Shown here: positions 39,652-48,476 of the stretch, in pieces
Layout of the letters: the number at the start of each line of letters is the position of its first letter
Position numbering within the stretch: the stretch's first letter is position 1
Translations under genes and position numbers: made by a program
Assembly: GCA_963719495.1 (NCBI GenBank)
Contig: CAVRCI010000011.1
Span: 64,001-128,000 of the forward strand
DNA length: 64,000 nt
Origin: an uncultured Verrucomicrobiae bacterium
GTDB taxonomy: Bacteria; Verrucomicrobiota; Verrucomicrobiia; Chthoniobacterales; JAATET01
Direction: 5' to 3'
The notes under the pieces: generated by a model
What the model was told of the DNA's origin: nothing
What the model saw: the letters and a program-made list of their open reading frames with translations, nothing else
Database searches by the model: none

Positions 39652-39880
39652 GGTCGGAAGGTCGGAATGTCTAATGTCGGAAGGTTGAAAAGTGTCCGGC
39701 TGGGGCCGGATGGGTTGGTTCGGCGGCTGGAAGCTCGCCGTTCCTTGGGGGCTCCGCTTGGTTCGGGGGATTGTCGATTAAGGACGGTTTTTGAGTGTGA
39801 GCCAGAGATGTTTCGCTTCGCTCAACATGACAGGTTGGGGGGAATGACCTTCGGCCTTTTGGACCTTGGACCTTCCGACT
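39652..39880. repeat. Composite intergenic repeat: 8-mer arms (GTCGGAAG)n / (CTTCCGAC)n enclosing other REP-like units
   Basis: Same arm type at 43313-43406; encloses a family B copy and AGAGATGTTTCGCTTCGCTCAACATGACA. Confidence 0.7.
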
Positions 39881-39882
39881 CG

Positions 39883-40917
39883 CTACTGCTCGAGTTCGAA
39901 GGCGATGTTGACGGTGTAGGTGTCGTCTTGGGCCAGGCCGGCTGGGAGGGGGGCGATGCGGGTGACTCGTTTGGCGGCGGCGAGGACGGATTCGTCCATG
40001 ACGGGGTTGCCGCTGCCTTTGATGACGGTGGCGTCGGCGATGGTGCCGTCCTTGCGGATTTTCAGTCGGACGGTGGTGACGAAGGATCGGTCGGAGCTGA
40101 AGATCGACGTCGGTTGGTCCCACTGACTGAAGAAGGAGTCGTGGATGAGGTCGTGATACCAACCGAAATCGGACTCTCCGCCGCCGCCGGACTCGGTGGC
40201 CGAGTCGGCGTTGGTCTTGGCTTCGGATTCGCCGGGCTGGGGTTTGTCGGGTTTGACGGCTTCGGCTTTTTTGACGGGGGTGGGCGTCGATTCGGGGGGG
40301 GGATCCGGGGTGGATTCCGGCGTGGGTTTGGGGGTCGCTTTTGGTGTGGGCTTGGGCGTTGGTTTCGGGGTGGCGGTCGGCTCCGGCGTGGGTTTGGGCG
40401 TCGCGGTGGGTTTCGGAGTTGGTTTCGGAGTTGGCTTGGGGGTCGGTTTTGGCGTTGGCGTCGCGGTGGGTTTGGGGGTCGGCTTCGGGGTGGGTTTCGG
40501 GGTGGGTTTGGGAGTTGGCGTCGGTTCCGGAGTGGGCGTGGGCGTCGGTGTTTCCAGTGGGATCTCGCTTGGTGGTGGGGGTGTCGGGGGTGGCGTTGGA
40601 AGGGGGGTGGGTTCGGGTGTCGGGGGCGGCGTGGGTTCGGGGGTTGGCTCGGGGGTGGGTTCCGGCGTGGCGGGGGTTGGGGTGGGCTCGGGAGCTGGGG
40701 GCGTGATGTCGGGGGGGGCGAACGACGCGGCGTCGAGCCAGGTGATCTCGCCGAGGGGCGGGTCGGTTTCCGGTCTCGTGACGAGCGTGACCGCGACGAT
40801 GACGACGAGGTGGGCGAGCGCGACGAGGATGACGGTGGTGCGGAAGGGGGTCCGGGACCGTCGGTGGGGGCGGAGACGCGACTGGGGGCGGGGCCGACCG
40901 GGGCGTCGCTTTTTCAT
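39883..40917 (-). CDS. tonB: TonB/TolA family energy transducer
   Basis: Single TM with ALAH, long (PT/PK/PE)n linker, TonB C-terminal domain ([21 protein letters not shown]). Confidence 0.85.
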   Translation of the reverse strand: MKKRRPGRPRPQSRLRPHRRSRTPFRTTVILVALAHLVVIVAVTLVTRPETDPPLGEITWLDAASFAPPDITPPAPEPTPTPATPEPTPEPTPEPTPPPTPEPTPLPTPPPTPPPPSEIPLETPTPTPTPEPTPTPKPTPKPTPKPTPKPTATPTPKPTPKPTPKPTPKPTATPKPTPEPTATPKPTPKPTPKATPKPTPESTPDPPPESTPTPVKKAEAVKPDKPQPGESEAKTNADSATESGGGGESDFGWYHDLIHDSFFSQWDQPTSIFSSDRSFVTTVRLKIRKDGTIADATVIKGSGNPVMDESVLAAAKRVTRIAPLPAGLAQDDTYTVNIAFELEQ

Positions 40918-41023
40918 GCGGGGCGGGCGGTGGGTGCGGACGGTTTCGCGGCGGGGCGACGGCTCGCCGGGAGGCTCGCCCTCCGGGGGGTGGACCGCGC
41001 CCGGTGGGCTTGGGCGCTGGGCG

Positions 41024-41446
41024 TCACGGGGCGGCGTCTTCGGGTCGGGTCATGACACCGACCTTGCTGATTTGGAGGCGCTGGAGGATGTCCATGATGG
41101 AGATGAAGTTCTGGATCGCGAGGTCCTTGTCGGGACGGACGACGACGGCGATCTGGGGGTTCGCATCTTTGATCGCGGCGAGCTGGGATTCGAGTTGCTC
41201 GGGGGTGACGGGGGATTCGTTGAGCTCGAGGGTGGCGTCGCGGTTGATGGCGATCATCTGGACGTCGGAGGGGTCGACTTCGCTCTTGGCGGTGGAGCTG
41301 GTGGGCACGACGAGGTCGAGGCTGTTCTCGATGAGGGGGGTGGTGATCATGAAAATGATCAGGAGCACGAACGCGAGGTCGAGCAGGGGAGTGACGTTCA
41401 GGTCGGTGAGCGTCTGCAGGCTTTGGCGATCGGAGAAGCGGCGCAC
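41024..41446 (-). CDS. exbD: ExbD/TolR biopolymer transport protein
   Basis: [22 protein letters not shown]. Confidence 0.92.
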   Translation of the reverse strand: MRRFSDRQSLQTLTDLNVTPLLDLAFVLLIIFMITTPLIENSLDLVVPTSSTAKSEVDPSDVQMIAINRDATLELNESPVTPEQLESQLAAIKDANPQIAVVVRPDKDLAIQNFISIMDILQRLQISKVGVMTRPEDAAP

Positions 41447-41487
41447 TTGATTTGAATTTGAAATGCGGAATGAGAAATTAAAAATGG

Positions 41488-42255
41488 CTAGTCGGTTGCG
41501 CGTCTCGCGCCGGGGTAGCCGTGGTCGACGTAGCGGTGCTCGATTTCGGACGAGAGCTCGGCGGCGAAGTTGTCGGATTGGACGAGGATCTTGCGGATCG
41601 AGGCGACGAGGAAGTTGTAGCCGAACATGGCGGGGATGGCGACGAGGAGGCCGACGACGGTTGTGATGAGAGCGCCGGAAACGCCCGGGGCCATGGCGGC
41701 GAGGTTGGCATTCCCGGCGGCGGCGATGCCGGAGAAGGCGTCCATGACGCCCCAGACGGTGCCGAGGAGACCGAGGAAGGGGGCTCCGGAGACGGCCATG
41801 GAGAGGACGTTCATCTGGGCTTCGAGGTCGAGGGCGGATTCACCGACGGCGCGCTCCATGGCGGCGGTGACGGTGCGCATCTGGGCGGGGGTGATTTTGT
41901 CGGAGGCTTCGAGGCGGGCGCGGAAGGTTTCGTCGACTTCGGTGGAGCCGAGCATTTGAAAACAGAGTTCGTCGCAGCCGGCTTCGTAGATGTGGAAGAG
42001 GGCGGTGCCGTCGAAGCGGACGCCGCTTTCGTAGACGCGGAGGGGCTGGCGGTCGCGGTGGAAGAGGTCGGAGAAGCGGGCGGACTGGCGGTTCGCGAAG
42101 GCGAGGACCCGGAATTTGGTCACCATGACGGACCAACTGAAAATGGACGCGATGAAGAGCGCGAAGAGGATCGCTTTGCCTTCCCACGTGGAATTCGTGA
42201 AGGCGTAGAAGAGGCCGGTGCCTTCTTGGGCGACGAGTAGGGACCAGGCCAGCAT
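41488..42255 (-). CDS. exbB: MotA/TolQ/ExbB proton channel protein
   Basis: GAPFLGLLGTVWGVM, APGVSGALITTVVGLLVAIPA. Confidence 0.92.
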   Translation of the reverse strand: MLAWSLLVAQEGTGLFYAFTNSTWEGKAILFALFIASIFSWSVMVTKFRVLAFANRQSARFSDLFHRDRQPLRVYESGVRFDGTALFHIYEAGCDELCFQMLGSTEVDETFRARLEASDKITPAQMRTVTAAMERAVGESALDLEAQMNVLSMAVSGAPFLGLLGTVWGVMDAFSGIAAAGNANLAAMAPGVSGALITTVVGLLVAIPAMFGYNFLVASIRKILVQSDNFAAELSSEIEHRYVDHGYPGARRATD

Positions 42256-42501
42256 GGGTGCGGGAATGAAACGCGGGGGGAGGGGGCGGGGGCAATGTTA
42301 AAGAGTGGGGCGGAGGCTTTGAACAGAAGATCGCGAAGGACGCAAAGGGGGCGAAGAAGTGGATGCAATTTGCTCCCGCTGGCGCGGATTGCCGTTCGTT
42401 TTGAACAGAAGGAGACGAAGGTAGCGAAGGGGTGATGGTGACGGGTGCGGGCGATTGATTTTGCAGTTGGAGGGGGCGGGGCTTAATGGTGCGTATCTTA
42501 T

Positions 42502-43308
42502 ATGAGGTTTGCGGTTCTTTTTGTTTTCGTTGGTTTGGTGTCTGGTTTGCGGGCGGAGGCTCCGACGGAGAATCGGTATGACATTGTGGCGAAGGTGTTT
42601 CAGCCGTTTTGGTCGGTGTTGCTGGCGGGCGGCGAAGGGCAGGACCGGGCGATGGCGATGAAGATCGTGATGAGTGAGGTGACGGGGCGGCTGCCGAAGG
42701 AGTTCGAGGGCGCGACGCTGGACGCGGCGGCGCAGTTTCCCGACAAGGTCAAATTGACGGCTCCGGTGCTGGGCGAACGGATGACGGTGTGCCGGAATGG
42801 GGACGAGGTGTGGGCGGTGCCGGGGGCGAAGATCGAATATCTGCTCAAACAATTTGCCGGAAAGCTGCCGAAGCCGACGGAGAAGAAGTCGACGCCGTTG
42901 TTCCTGCCAATCACGGCGCAGCAGGCGATTTTTCTGCCGGCGCTGTTCGTGATGGAGGACGGGGTTGTGATCGAGGATTTGAATGGCGAGCCGACCCGCG
43001 TGCTGTCGGGGGGGCTGATGCCGGAATTGGCGAAAGCGGCGAAGGCGGAGGACTTCCGCGCGTCGATGTGGATCGCGGAAGGCTACGTGCCGCGTCAGAT
43101 CGAGGTCGTCCAGAAGACGTTCACGGCGACGGTGCGGATCGAGGATTTGCAGTTTGCGCCGGGGTTTCAGTCGGTGGTGTGGAACCCGCCAGCGGGGGAG
43201 ACGGACGTCTACCGAACGACGCCGGAGGTGCTGGAGCAATTGCTTTTCGTGCTGATGAACTCGCTCGACAGCAAGGACGGCGAGGAGCCGTGGTTGAAGC
43301 TTGAATGA
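42502..43308 (+). CDS. Hypothetical exported protein (possibly LolA-like fold)
   Basis: Signal peptide and host-like codon usage; beta-rich; fold is a guess. Confidence 0.6.
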   Translation: MRFAVLFVFVGLVSGLRAEAPTENRYDIVAKVFQPFWSVLLAGGEGQDRAMAMKIVMSEVTGRLPKEFEGATLDAAAQFPDKVKLTAPVLGERMTVCRNGDEVWAVPGAKIEYLLKQFAGKLPKPTEKKSTPLFLPITAQQAIFLPALFVMEDGVVIEDLNGEPTRVLSGGLMPELAKAAKAEDFRASMWIAEGYVPRQIEVVQKTFTATVRIEDLQFAPGFQSVVWNPPAGETDVYRTTPEVLEQLLFVLMNSLDSKDGEEPWLKLE

Positions 43309-43433
43309 GGTGAGTCGGAAGGTCTGAAGGTCGGAAAGTCGGGTTTGAATCGCTGGGGCGATTGTTTTTGGGACTTTCGACTTTCTGACCTTCCGACTTT
43401 CCGACCCATCGAAGATGCGCAATACTAATTTTT

Positions 43434-44486
43434 ATGGAAACTCTCGAGCTTCTTGGGGTCGCGCTGGGGCTGGCTACTTTGGCTGGTCTGAACCTTTACC
43501 TGACTGTCTTCGTGACGGGGTTGGCGGTGCGGATGGATTGGATTCAGCTGGCTGACAAATATCAGCAGCTCGACATTCTCGCGGATCCGACGGTGCTGTG
43601 GGTCTCTGGAACTTTGCTTTTTCTCGAATTTTTTGCGGACAAGGTGCCGTGGGTGGATTCGCTTTGGGATTCGGTGCATACGATCATTCGTCCGGTCGGT
43701 GGGGCCATGGTGGCGATCACGGTATTGGGTGAGGTGAATCCGGCTTACGACGTGATCGTGGGGTTGCTGGGCGGCGGGATGGCGCTCACTTCGCACGCGG
43801 CGAAGGCGGGGACGCGGTTGCTGGTGAACGCTTCGCCGGAGCCGTTCACGAACATTGGATTGAGTCTGGGGGAGGACGCCTTGGTGCTGGGTGGATTGGG
43901 GTTGGTGGCGTTTCAGCCGGTGGTGGCTCTGGGGTTGGCGGTCGTGGCGTTTGGGTTGGCGATTTGGTTGATTCCGAAGGTGATTCGGCGGGCGCGGGTG
44001 ACGCTTTGGTTCGCGTGGAAGTGGGTGGGACATTTGTTCGGGGCTTGTGACGTGAAGAGCGTGGACGCGCGGGCTCTGCCGATCGATCTGGCCGCGGAGA
44101 TGCGGCGGGTCGCCGGGGAGGATTGGACGGTGGCTTTGGCTATGCCTTGCGTGGCGGGAAAGGGGACGGAGTTGCCGAAGCACGCTTTCGGGTGGGCTCT
44201 GTTGGGGGATGCGGGGACGGTTTATTTCGCGCGGTCGGGGCGTCCGCGGCCGGTGGTCGTGCCGGTGGAGTTGGCGGATTGTGATGTGGATCTGCGGCGC
44301 GGATGGGTTTCGGATCGGGTGAGGGTGAAGCGGGTCGGCGGGGGCGTGGCGCAGGAGTTGCGGTTCGATCGGTCGCGGCGGGGGGCGGCGGAGGAATTGG
44401 TGGAGCGGTTGCGGCGGTCGGGGGCTGGTGACGGTGAGGGTGGCTCGGCTGGTGGGGTTGCGGTGCCGGAGCTGGCTGGGGTGTGA
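43434..44486 (+). CDS. DUF4126 domain membrane protein
   Basis: GLNLY, EFFADKVPWVDSLWDSVHTIIRP, SPEPFTNIGLSLGED. Confidence 0.88.
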   Translation: METLELLGVALGLATLAGLNLYLTVFVTGLAVRMDWIQLADKYQQLDILADPTVLWVSGTLLFLEFFADKVPWVDSLWDSVHTIIRPVGGAMVAITVLGEVNPAYDVIVGLLGGGMALTSHAAKAGTRLLVNASPEPFTNIGLSLGEDALVLGGLGLVAFQPVVALGLAVVAFGLAIWLIPKVIRRARVTLWFAWKWVGHLFGACDVKSVDARALPIDLAAEMRRVAGEDWTVALAMPCVAGKGTELPKHAFGWALLGDAGTVYFARSGRPRPVVVPVELADCDVDLRRGWVSDRVRVKRVGGGVAQELRFDRSRRGAAEELVERLRRSGAGDGEGGSAGGVAVPELAGV

Positions 44487-44673
44487 GTGGGGGAGTGCGG
44501 CTTCGCCGTTGGGTTGGTTCGGCAGCCGTAGCGGAGCGGAGACCGGCGAAGCCAATTGCAAATCGCCGCTCCTTGGAGTTCGGCTCTCTCGCTTTGCTCG
44601 ATTTGCCTTTTGCAGCGGCGGGACGCCGTTGCTCGCACGCGGGACGCGTGCGCTCCCCAGCTTCTTGAATTAG

Positions 44674-47178
44674 GTGGTTGTTGATTTTCCCTGGGCGTTT
44701 TTGGGGCTCTTTGGCGTTTTGGGGCTTTGGGCGCTAGGAGGGCGGCGGGTTGGGGTGGCGCTTTTGGTGCGGGGGGTGGTCTTTTCGCTTTTGGTGCTTT
44801 CGCTCGCTGGGATTGGGTTGGAGCGGGTGGAGTCGGAGGTGGGGGTGATGGTGGTGCGGGATGAGTCGCCGAGCGTTTCGGAGGCGGGCCGGGTGGCGGC
44901 GGAGGATTTGCTGGAAGAACTGCGGGTGACGTTCGGGGAGCGGGTGCGGGAGGTTGGGTTTTCCGATGGGTCGGTGGGGGATGCGTTGTTGCGGGCGGCG
45001 GCGGGGCGGTGGGATGACCGGCCGACCCGGCTTGTGTTGGTGACGGATGGGGTGGGGCTTTCGGCGGCGGATGAGGTGGTGGCTGGGCGGCTGGCGGCGG
45101 TGGGGGTGCCGACGGACGTGGTGGTGCTGGACCGGGAGCGGGGGGCGGAGGTGGCGGTCGCTGCGGTTGAGGGGCCTCGGACGGTGCGGCCGGGGGAGGC
45201 TTTCGACGTGGGGGTGGTGCTTCGGGCGAACCGGGCGGGGGAGGTGGGGTTGCGGTTGTATCAGGACGGGGTGTTGGCGGGGGAGCGGACGGAGGCGCTG
45301 GTGGTGGGCGAGAATCGGGTGACGTTCGCGAACGTGCCGGGGGTGGAGGGGGACTCGGAGTTGCGGGTGGAGGTGGTGGCGGCGGCGGATGGATTCGCGG
45401 AGAACAACGTGGCGGTGGCGCGGGTGGCGGCGGCGCGGAGTGCGCGGGTGTTGGTGTTGGATCCGCAGCCGGACCGGATGGAGTGGCTGGCGGGGACTTT
45501 GCGAGCGGCGAAGTTCGACGTGGAGGTGCGACCGACGGGGGCGGCGCCGGAGCGGGTGGCGGATTTGAATCGCTTCGATCTGGTGGTGCTGAGCGACAGC
45601 GGGGCGGGGGAACTGGGGGATGGGCGGATGCGGGCGCTCGAATCGTGGGTGTCGGATCTGGGGGGTGGTCTCATTCTTTCGGGGGGTGAAAATGGGTTTG
45701 CGGCGGGTGGGTATTACGACACGCCGCTGGCGGAGCTTTCGCCGGTCGAGATTGCGTTCGAGGATGGGGCGGAGCTGCCGGTGTCGGCTCTGATGATTGC
45801 GCTGGATCGATCGGGGTCGATGGCGGCAACGGTGAACGGGGGCGGCGGGGGTGGGCAGACGAAAATGGCGCTGGCGAACGAGGGGGTGGTGCGGGCGATG
45901 GACGCGCTGCAGGCGAAGGATCTTTTCGGCGTGGTGGCAGTGGATACGGAGGTGCGGCCGGTGGTGCCGCTGGGGCGGCTGGTGGACCGAAAATCGGCGG
46001 GCGACCGAATTTTGGCGATTCAAGCGGGGGGCGGGGGAATTTACGTGACGACGGCGTTGGTGGCGCTTTACCGGGCGCTGCTGGAGGCGGATGCGCGGAT
46101 CAAACACGTGATCCTGTTTTCCGACGCGGCGGACGCCGAGGAGAAGGAGATCGGGGGGAATTCTGGGGGGATGTCGGCACTGGACGTGGCGAGGGCGATG
46201 CTGGCGCAGCGGATCACGGTGTCGGTGGTGGCGCTGGGTGGGGACGCGGACCGGGACACGGAATTTCTGCGGGCGTTGGCGGAGCGGGGCGGTGGGCGGT
46301 TTTACCTCACGTCCGACGCGCTGACGCTGCCCCGGATCTTTGCGGAGGAGACGCTGCGGGCGACGCGGACGAATTTGGTGGAGGATGCGTTGCGGCCGGT
46401 GGTGGTGGGGGCGGGGGACGAGATCGGGGGGATCGACTTTGCGGCGGCTCCGTTTTTGTTGGGCTACAACGCGACGAGTGCGAAGGAGGGGGCGAGGACG
46501 TTGTTGGCCACGGAGCGGGGGGAGCCGTTGCTGGCGACGGCGCGGTTGGGCCTGGGGACGGTCGCGGCGTTCACGAGTGACTTGAAGGGGCGGTGGACGG
46601 GGGATTGGCTGGGGTGGCCGGGATTTGGCAAATTGGTGGTGCAGCTGACGCGGGCGGTGGCGCGGGGGGCGGAGTCGGGCGGCGTGGCGGCGCGGGTCGA
46701 AATAGCGGATGGCGGTGCGAGGGTGGTGGTGGTGGACGCGAACGACGCGGGAGGACGGTTCGTGGACGGCGCGGTCGTGGAGGTCACGCGGCTGGTGGAC
46801 GGGCGGACGATGCGGGCGGAGCAGGTGGAACCGGGGCGGTATGCGGCGGAGTTCGCGGGGGGCGGGGAGGCATTTTCCGTGCGGGTGGGCGACGGGACTC
46901 CGGTGGCGGTGATGCGGGATCCGGCTCTCACGCGAGGCCGCGAGGGCGCGAAGTTGGAAGGTGGTGGCGGGGAGTTTGCCGTGCTGGCGGACGTCGAGCC
47001 GGGGGTGGCGCGGTTGGCGATGGCGGGGGGTGGGATCGTCGATCCTGGGGTGAAGGCCGTGATGCGGCCAACGGGGGTGATCGTGGCAAAGACGACGGAT
47101 CTTTCAATCTGGTTTTTGATGGCGGCGCTGGTGATGCTGCCCTTTGACGTGTGGGTGCGGCGGCGGGGGGTTGCCTGA
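44674..47178 (+). CDS. vWA domain protein, paralogue of 26532-29030
   Basis: DRSGSM..KMALANEG, GGGGIYV, HVILFSDAADAEE, GGRFY. Confidence 0.85.
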   Translation: MVVDFPWAFLGLFGVLGLWALGGRRVGVALLVRGVVFSLLVLSLAGIGLERVESEVGVMVVRDESPSVSEAGRVAAEDLLEELRVTFGERVREVGFSDGSVGDALLRAAAGRWDDRPTRLVLVTDGVGLSAADEVVAGRLAAVGVPTDVVVLDRERGAEVAVAAVEGPRTVRPGEAFDVGVVLRANRAGEVGLRLYQDGVLAGERTEALVVGENRVTFANVPGVEGDSELRVEVVAAADGFAENNVAVARVAAARSARVLVLDPQPDRMEWLAGTLRAAKFDVEVRPTGAAPERVADLNRFDLVVLSDSGAGELGDGRMRALESWVSDLGGGLILSGGENGFAAGGYYDTPLAELSPVEIAFEDGAELPVSALMIALDRSGSMAATVNGGGGGGQTKMALANEGVVRAMDALQAKDLFGVVAVDTEVRPVVPLGRLVDRKSAGDRILAIQAGGGGIYVTTALVALYRALLEADARIKHVILFSDAADAEEKEIGGNSGGMSALDVARAMLAQRITVSVVALGGDADRDTEFLRALAERGGGRFYLTSDALTLPRIFAEETLRATRTNLVEDALRPVVVGAGDEIGGIDFAAAPFLLGYNATSAKEGARTLLATERGEPLLATARLGLGTVAAFTSDLKGRWTGDWLGWPGFGKLVVQLTRAVARGAESGGVAARVEIADGGARVVVVDANDAGGRFVDGAVVEVTRLVDGRTMRAEQVEPGRYAAEFAGGGEAFSVRVGDGTPVAVMRDPALTRGREGAKLEGGGGEFAVLADVEPGVARLAMAGGGIVDPGVKAVMRPTGVIVAKTTDLSIWFLMAALVMLPFDVWVRRRGVA

Positions 47179-47305
47179 GGAAGGGTGCCTGCTCTTTATT
47201 ATTTTCGTTTTGCGCGGTCGGGCGCGGGTCGAACTGCTTCCTGAACGCTGTAGCTGGGTTCGGGAGTTGTGTCCGAGCGAAGCTCGGTCCAGAGTCGAAG
47301 GTGTA

Positions 47306-48406
47306 GTGAGCAAAGGAAAGAAAGCAGCTCAAACCGCGGCGGAACCTTCCACGCAGCGCGTGAATTTGAGCGACATCGCGCAGCGCGTCGGGGTATCCGT
47401 TGGGGCGGTCTCGAGCGTTCTCAATAACCGGCAAGTCGAGCGGCGAATCCCGGACGCAACGGCTGAGGCGATCCGGCAGGCGGCGGCAAGCATGGGATAC
47501 TTGCCGAACATCAACGCGCGGCGCTTGCGCAGCGGGGAGACGGTGAAAAATACCGTCATCCTGGCGTTGATCTCGAGTTTCGAGGCTCCGATCCCGTTGG
47601 TAAATCACTTCGTGGCGGCCCTTCACGGCGAAGCCGAAAAAGTGGTGGCGACCTCGGGCCGGAATACCTACTCGCTGATGATCGAGATGTTCTCGGCCGG
47701 TCGTTTGAGTGAACTGCCTGGGCTGCTGACGGGGCACGGATTCAACGCGGCGATCATCATGAACACGATTGCCGAGGACGACGAATTCCTGGCGGGAGTC
47801 CGGCTGCCCTACCCGGTCGTGCTGATCAACCGGGTCGTCGCGTCGCTGCCCTGCGTGGTGGAGGACGATGGGTCGGGCGGACGGGTCGCCGATTTGTTCA
47901 AACGGAAAAACCGGGTGCGCCCGGCGGTTCTGCACGGGGAGCCGATGACGCAGACGACGCGGCAACGTGTGAAGCGGTTTGCCGAAAGGTCCCGACATCA
48001 CAACGGCGAGGACCCGGCGGAGATCGTGGCGTCTTCGCTCTCGGAGGAGGGAGGCTACGCGGCAATGCGGACTTTCCTGAAGCGCGGCGGGCGGTGTGAC
48101 TCGCTCTACTCCGTGTCCGATGCGCTCGCGTTGGGTGCCTATCGCTCAATCAAGGAAGCGGGTCTGCGCATCCCGCGGGACGTCGCGGTAATCGGGGTCG
48201 GCGATTACGATCTGGCTCCGTTCTTCGATCCGCCTCTGTCGTGCGTGGGGGTGTCGCATCCACGGTTGGCGACCGAGGCGAGCGCGCTTCTTTTTCAACA
48301 ATTGCGGGGCTCTCCGACCGATGCCCGGGTGACTGTGCCGGTGGACGAAAGTCTGCGGGATTCGCTGGGTGACAAGGTGCCCAAAACGGCTGGCCGGTCT
48401 GTTTAG
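47306..48406 (+). CDS. LacI family transcriptional regulator
   Basis: LSDIAQRVGVSVGAVSSVLN HTH, MGYLPNINARRL, IPRDVAVIGVGD. Confidence 0.93.
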   Translation: MSKGKKAAQTAAEPSTQRVNLSDIAQRVGVSVGAVSSVLNNRQVERRIPDATAEAIRQAAASMGYLPNINARRLRSGETVKNTVILALISSFEAPIPLVNHFVAALHGEAEKVVATSGRNTYSLMIEMFSAGRLSELPGLLTGHGFNAAIIMNTIAEDDEFLAGVRLPYPVVLINRVVASLPCVVEDDGSGGRVADLFKRKNRVRPAVLHGEPMTQTTRQRVKRFAERSRHHNGEDPAEIVASSLSEEGGYAAMRTFLKRGGRCDSLYSVSDALALGAYRSIKEAGLRIPRDVAVIGVGDYDLAPFFDPPLSCVGVSHPRLATEASALLFQQLRGSPTDARVTVPVDESLRDSLGDKVPKTAGRSV

Positions 48407-48423
48407 CAATTTTTCGTCAATCT

Positions 48424-48439
48424 GCTAAAACCTTTTTGC
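48424..48439. promoter_or_regulatory. Putative LacI-family operator (GCTAAAA-NN-TTTTAGC consensus), site 1
   Basis: GCTAAAACCTTTTTGC; similar sites at 56252-56267 and 59216-59231, each upstream of a gene in the locus. Confidence 0.6.
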
Positions 48440-48476
48440 TTGCGATCGTCACTGCGTTGGGTTTGGGTGCTGGGAG

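Noticed and set aside
40260..40700. Low-complexity tandem repeats
   Set aside because: Encode the ordinary Pro-Thr/Pro-Lys periplasmic linker of TonB/TolA.
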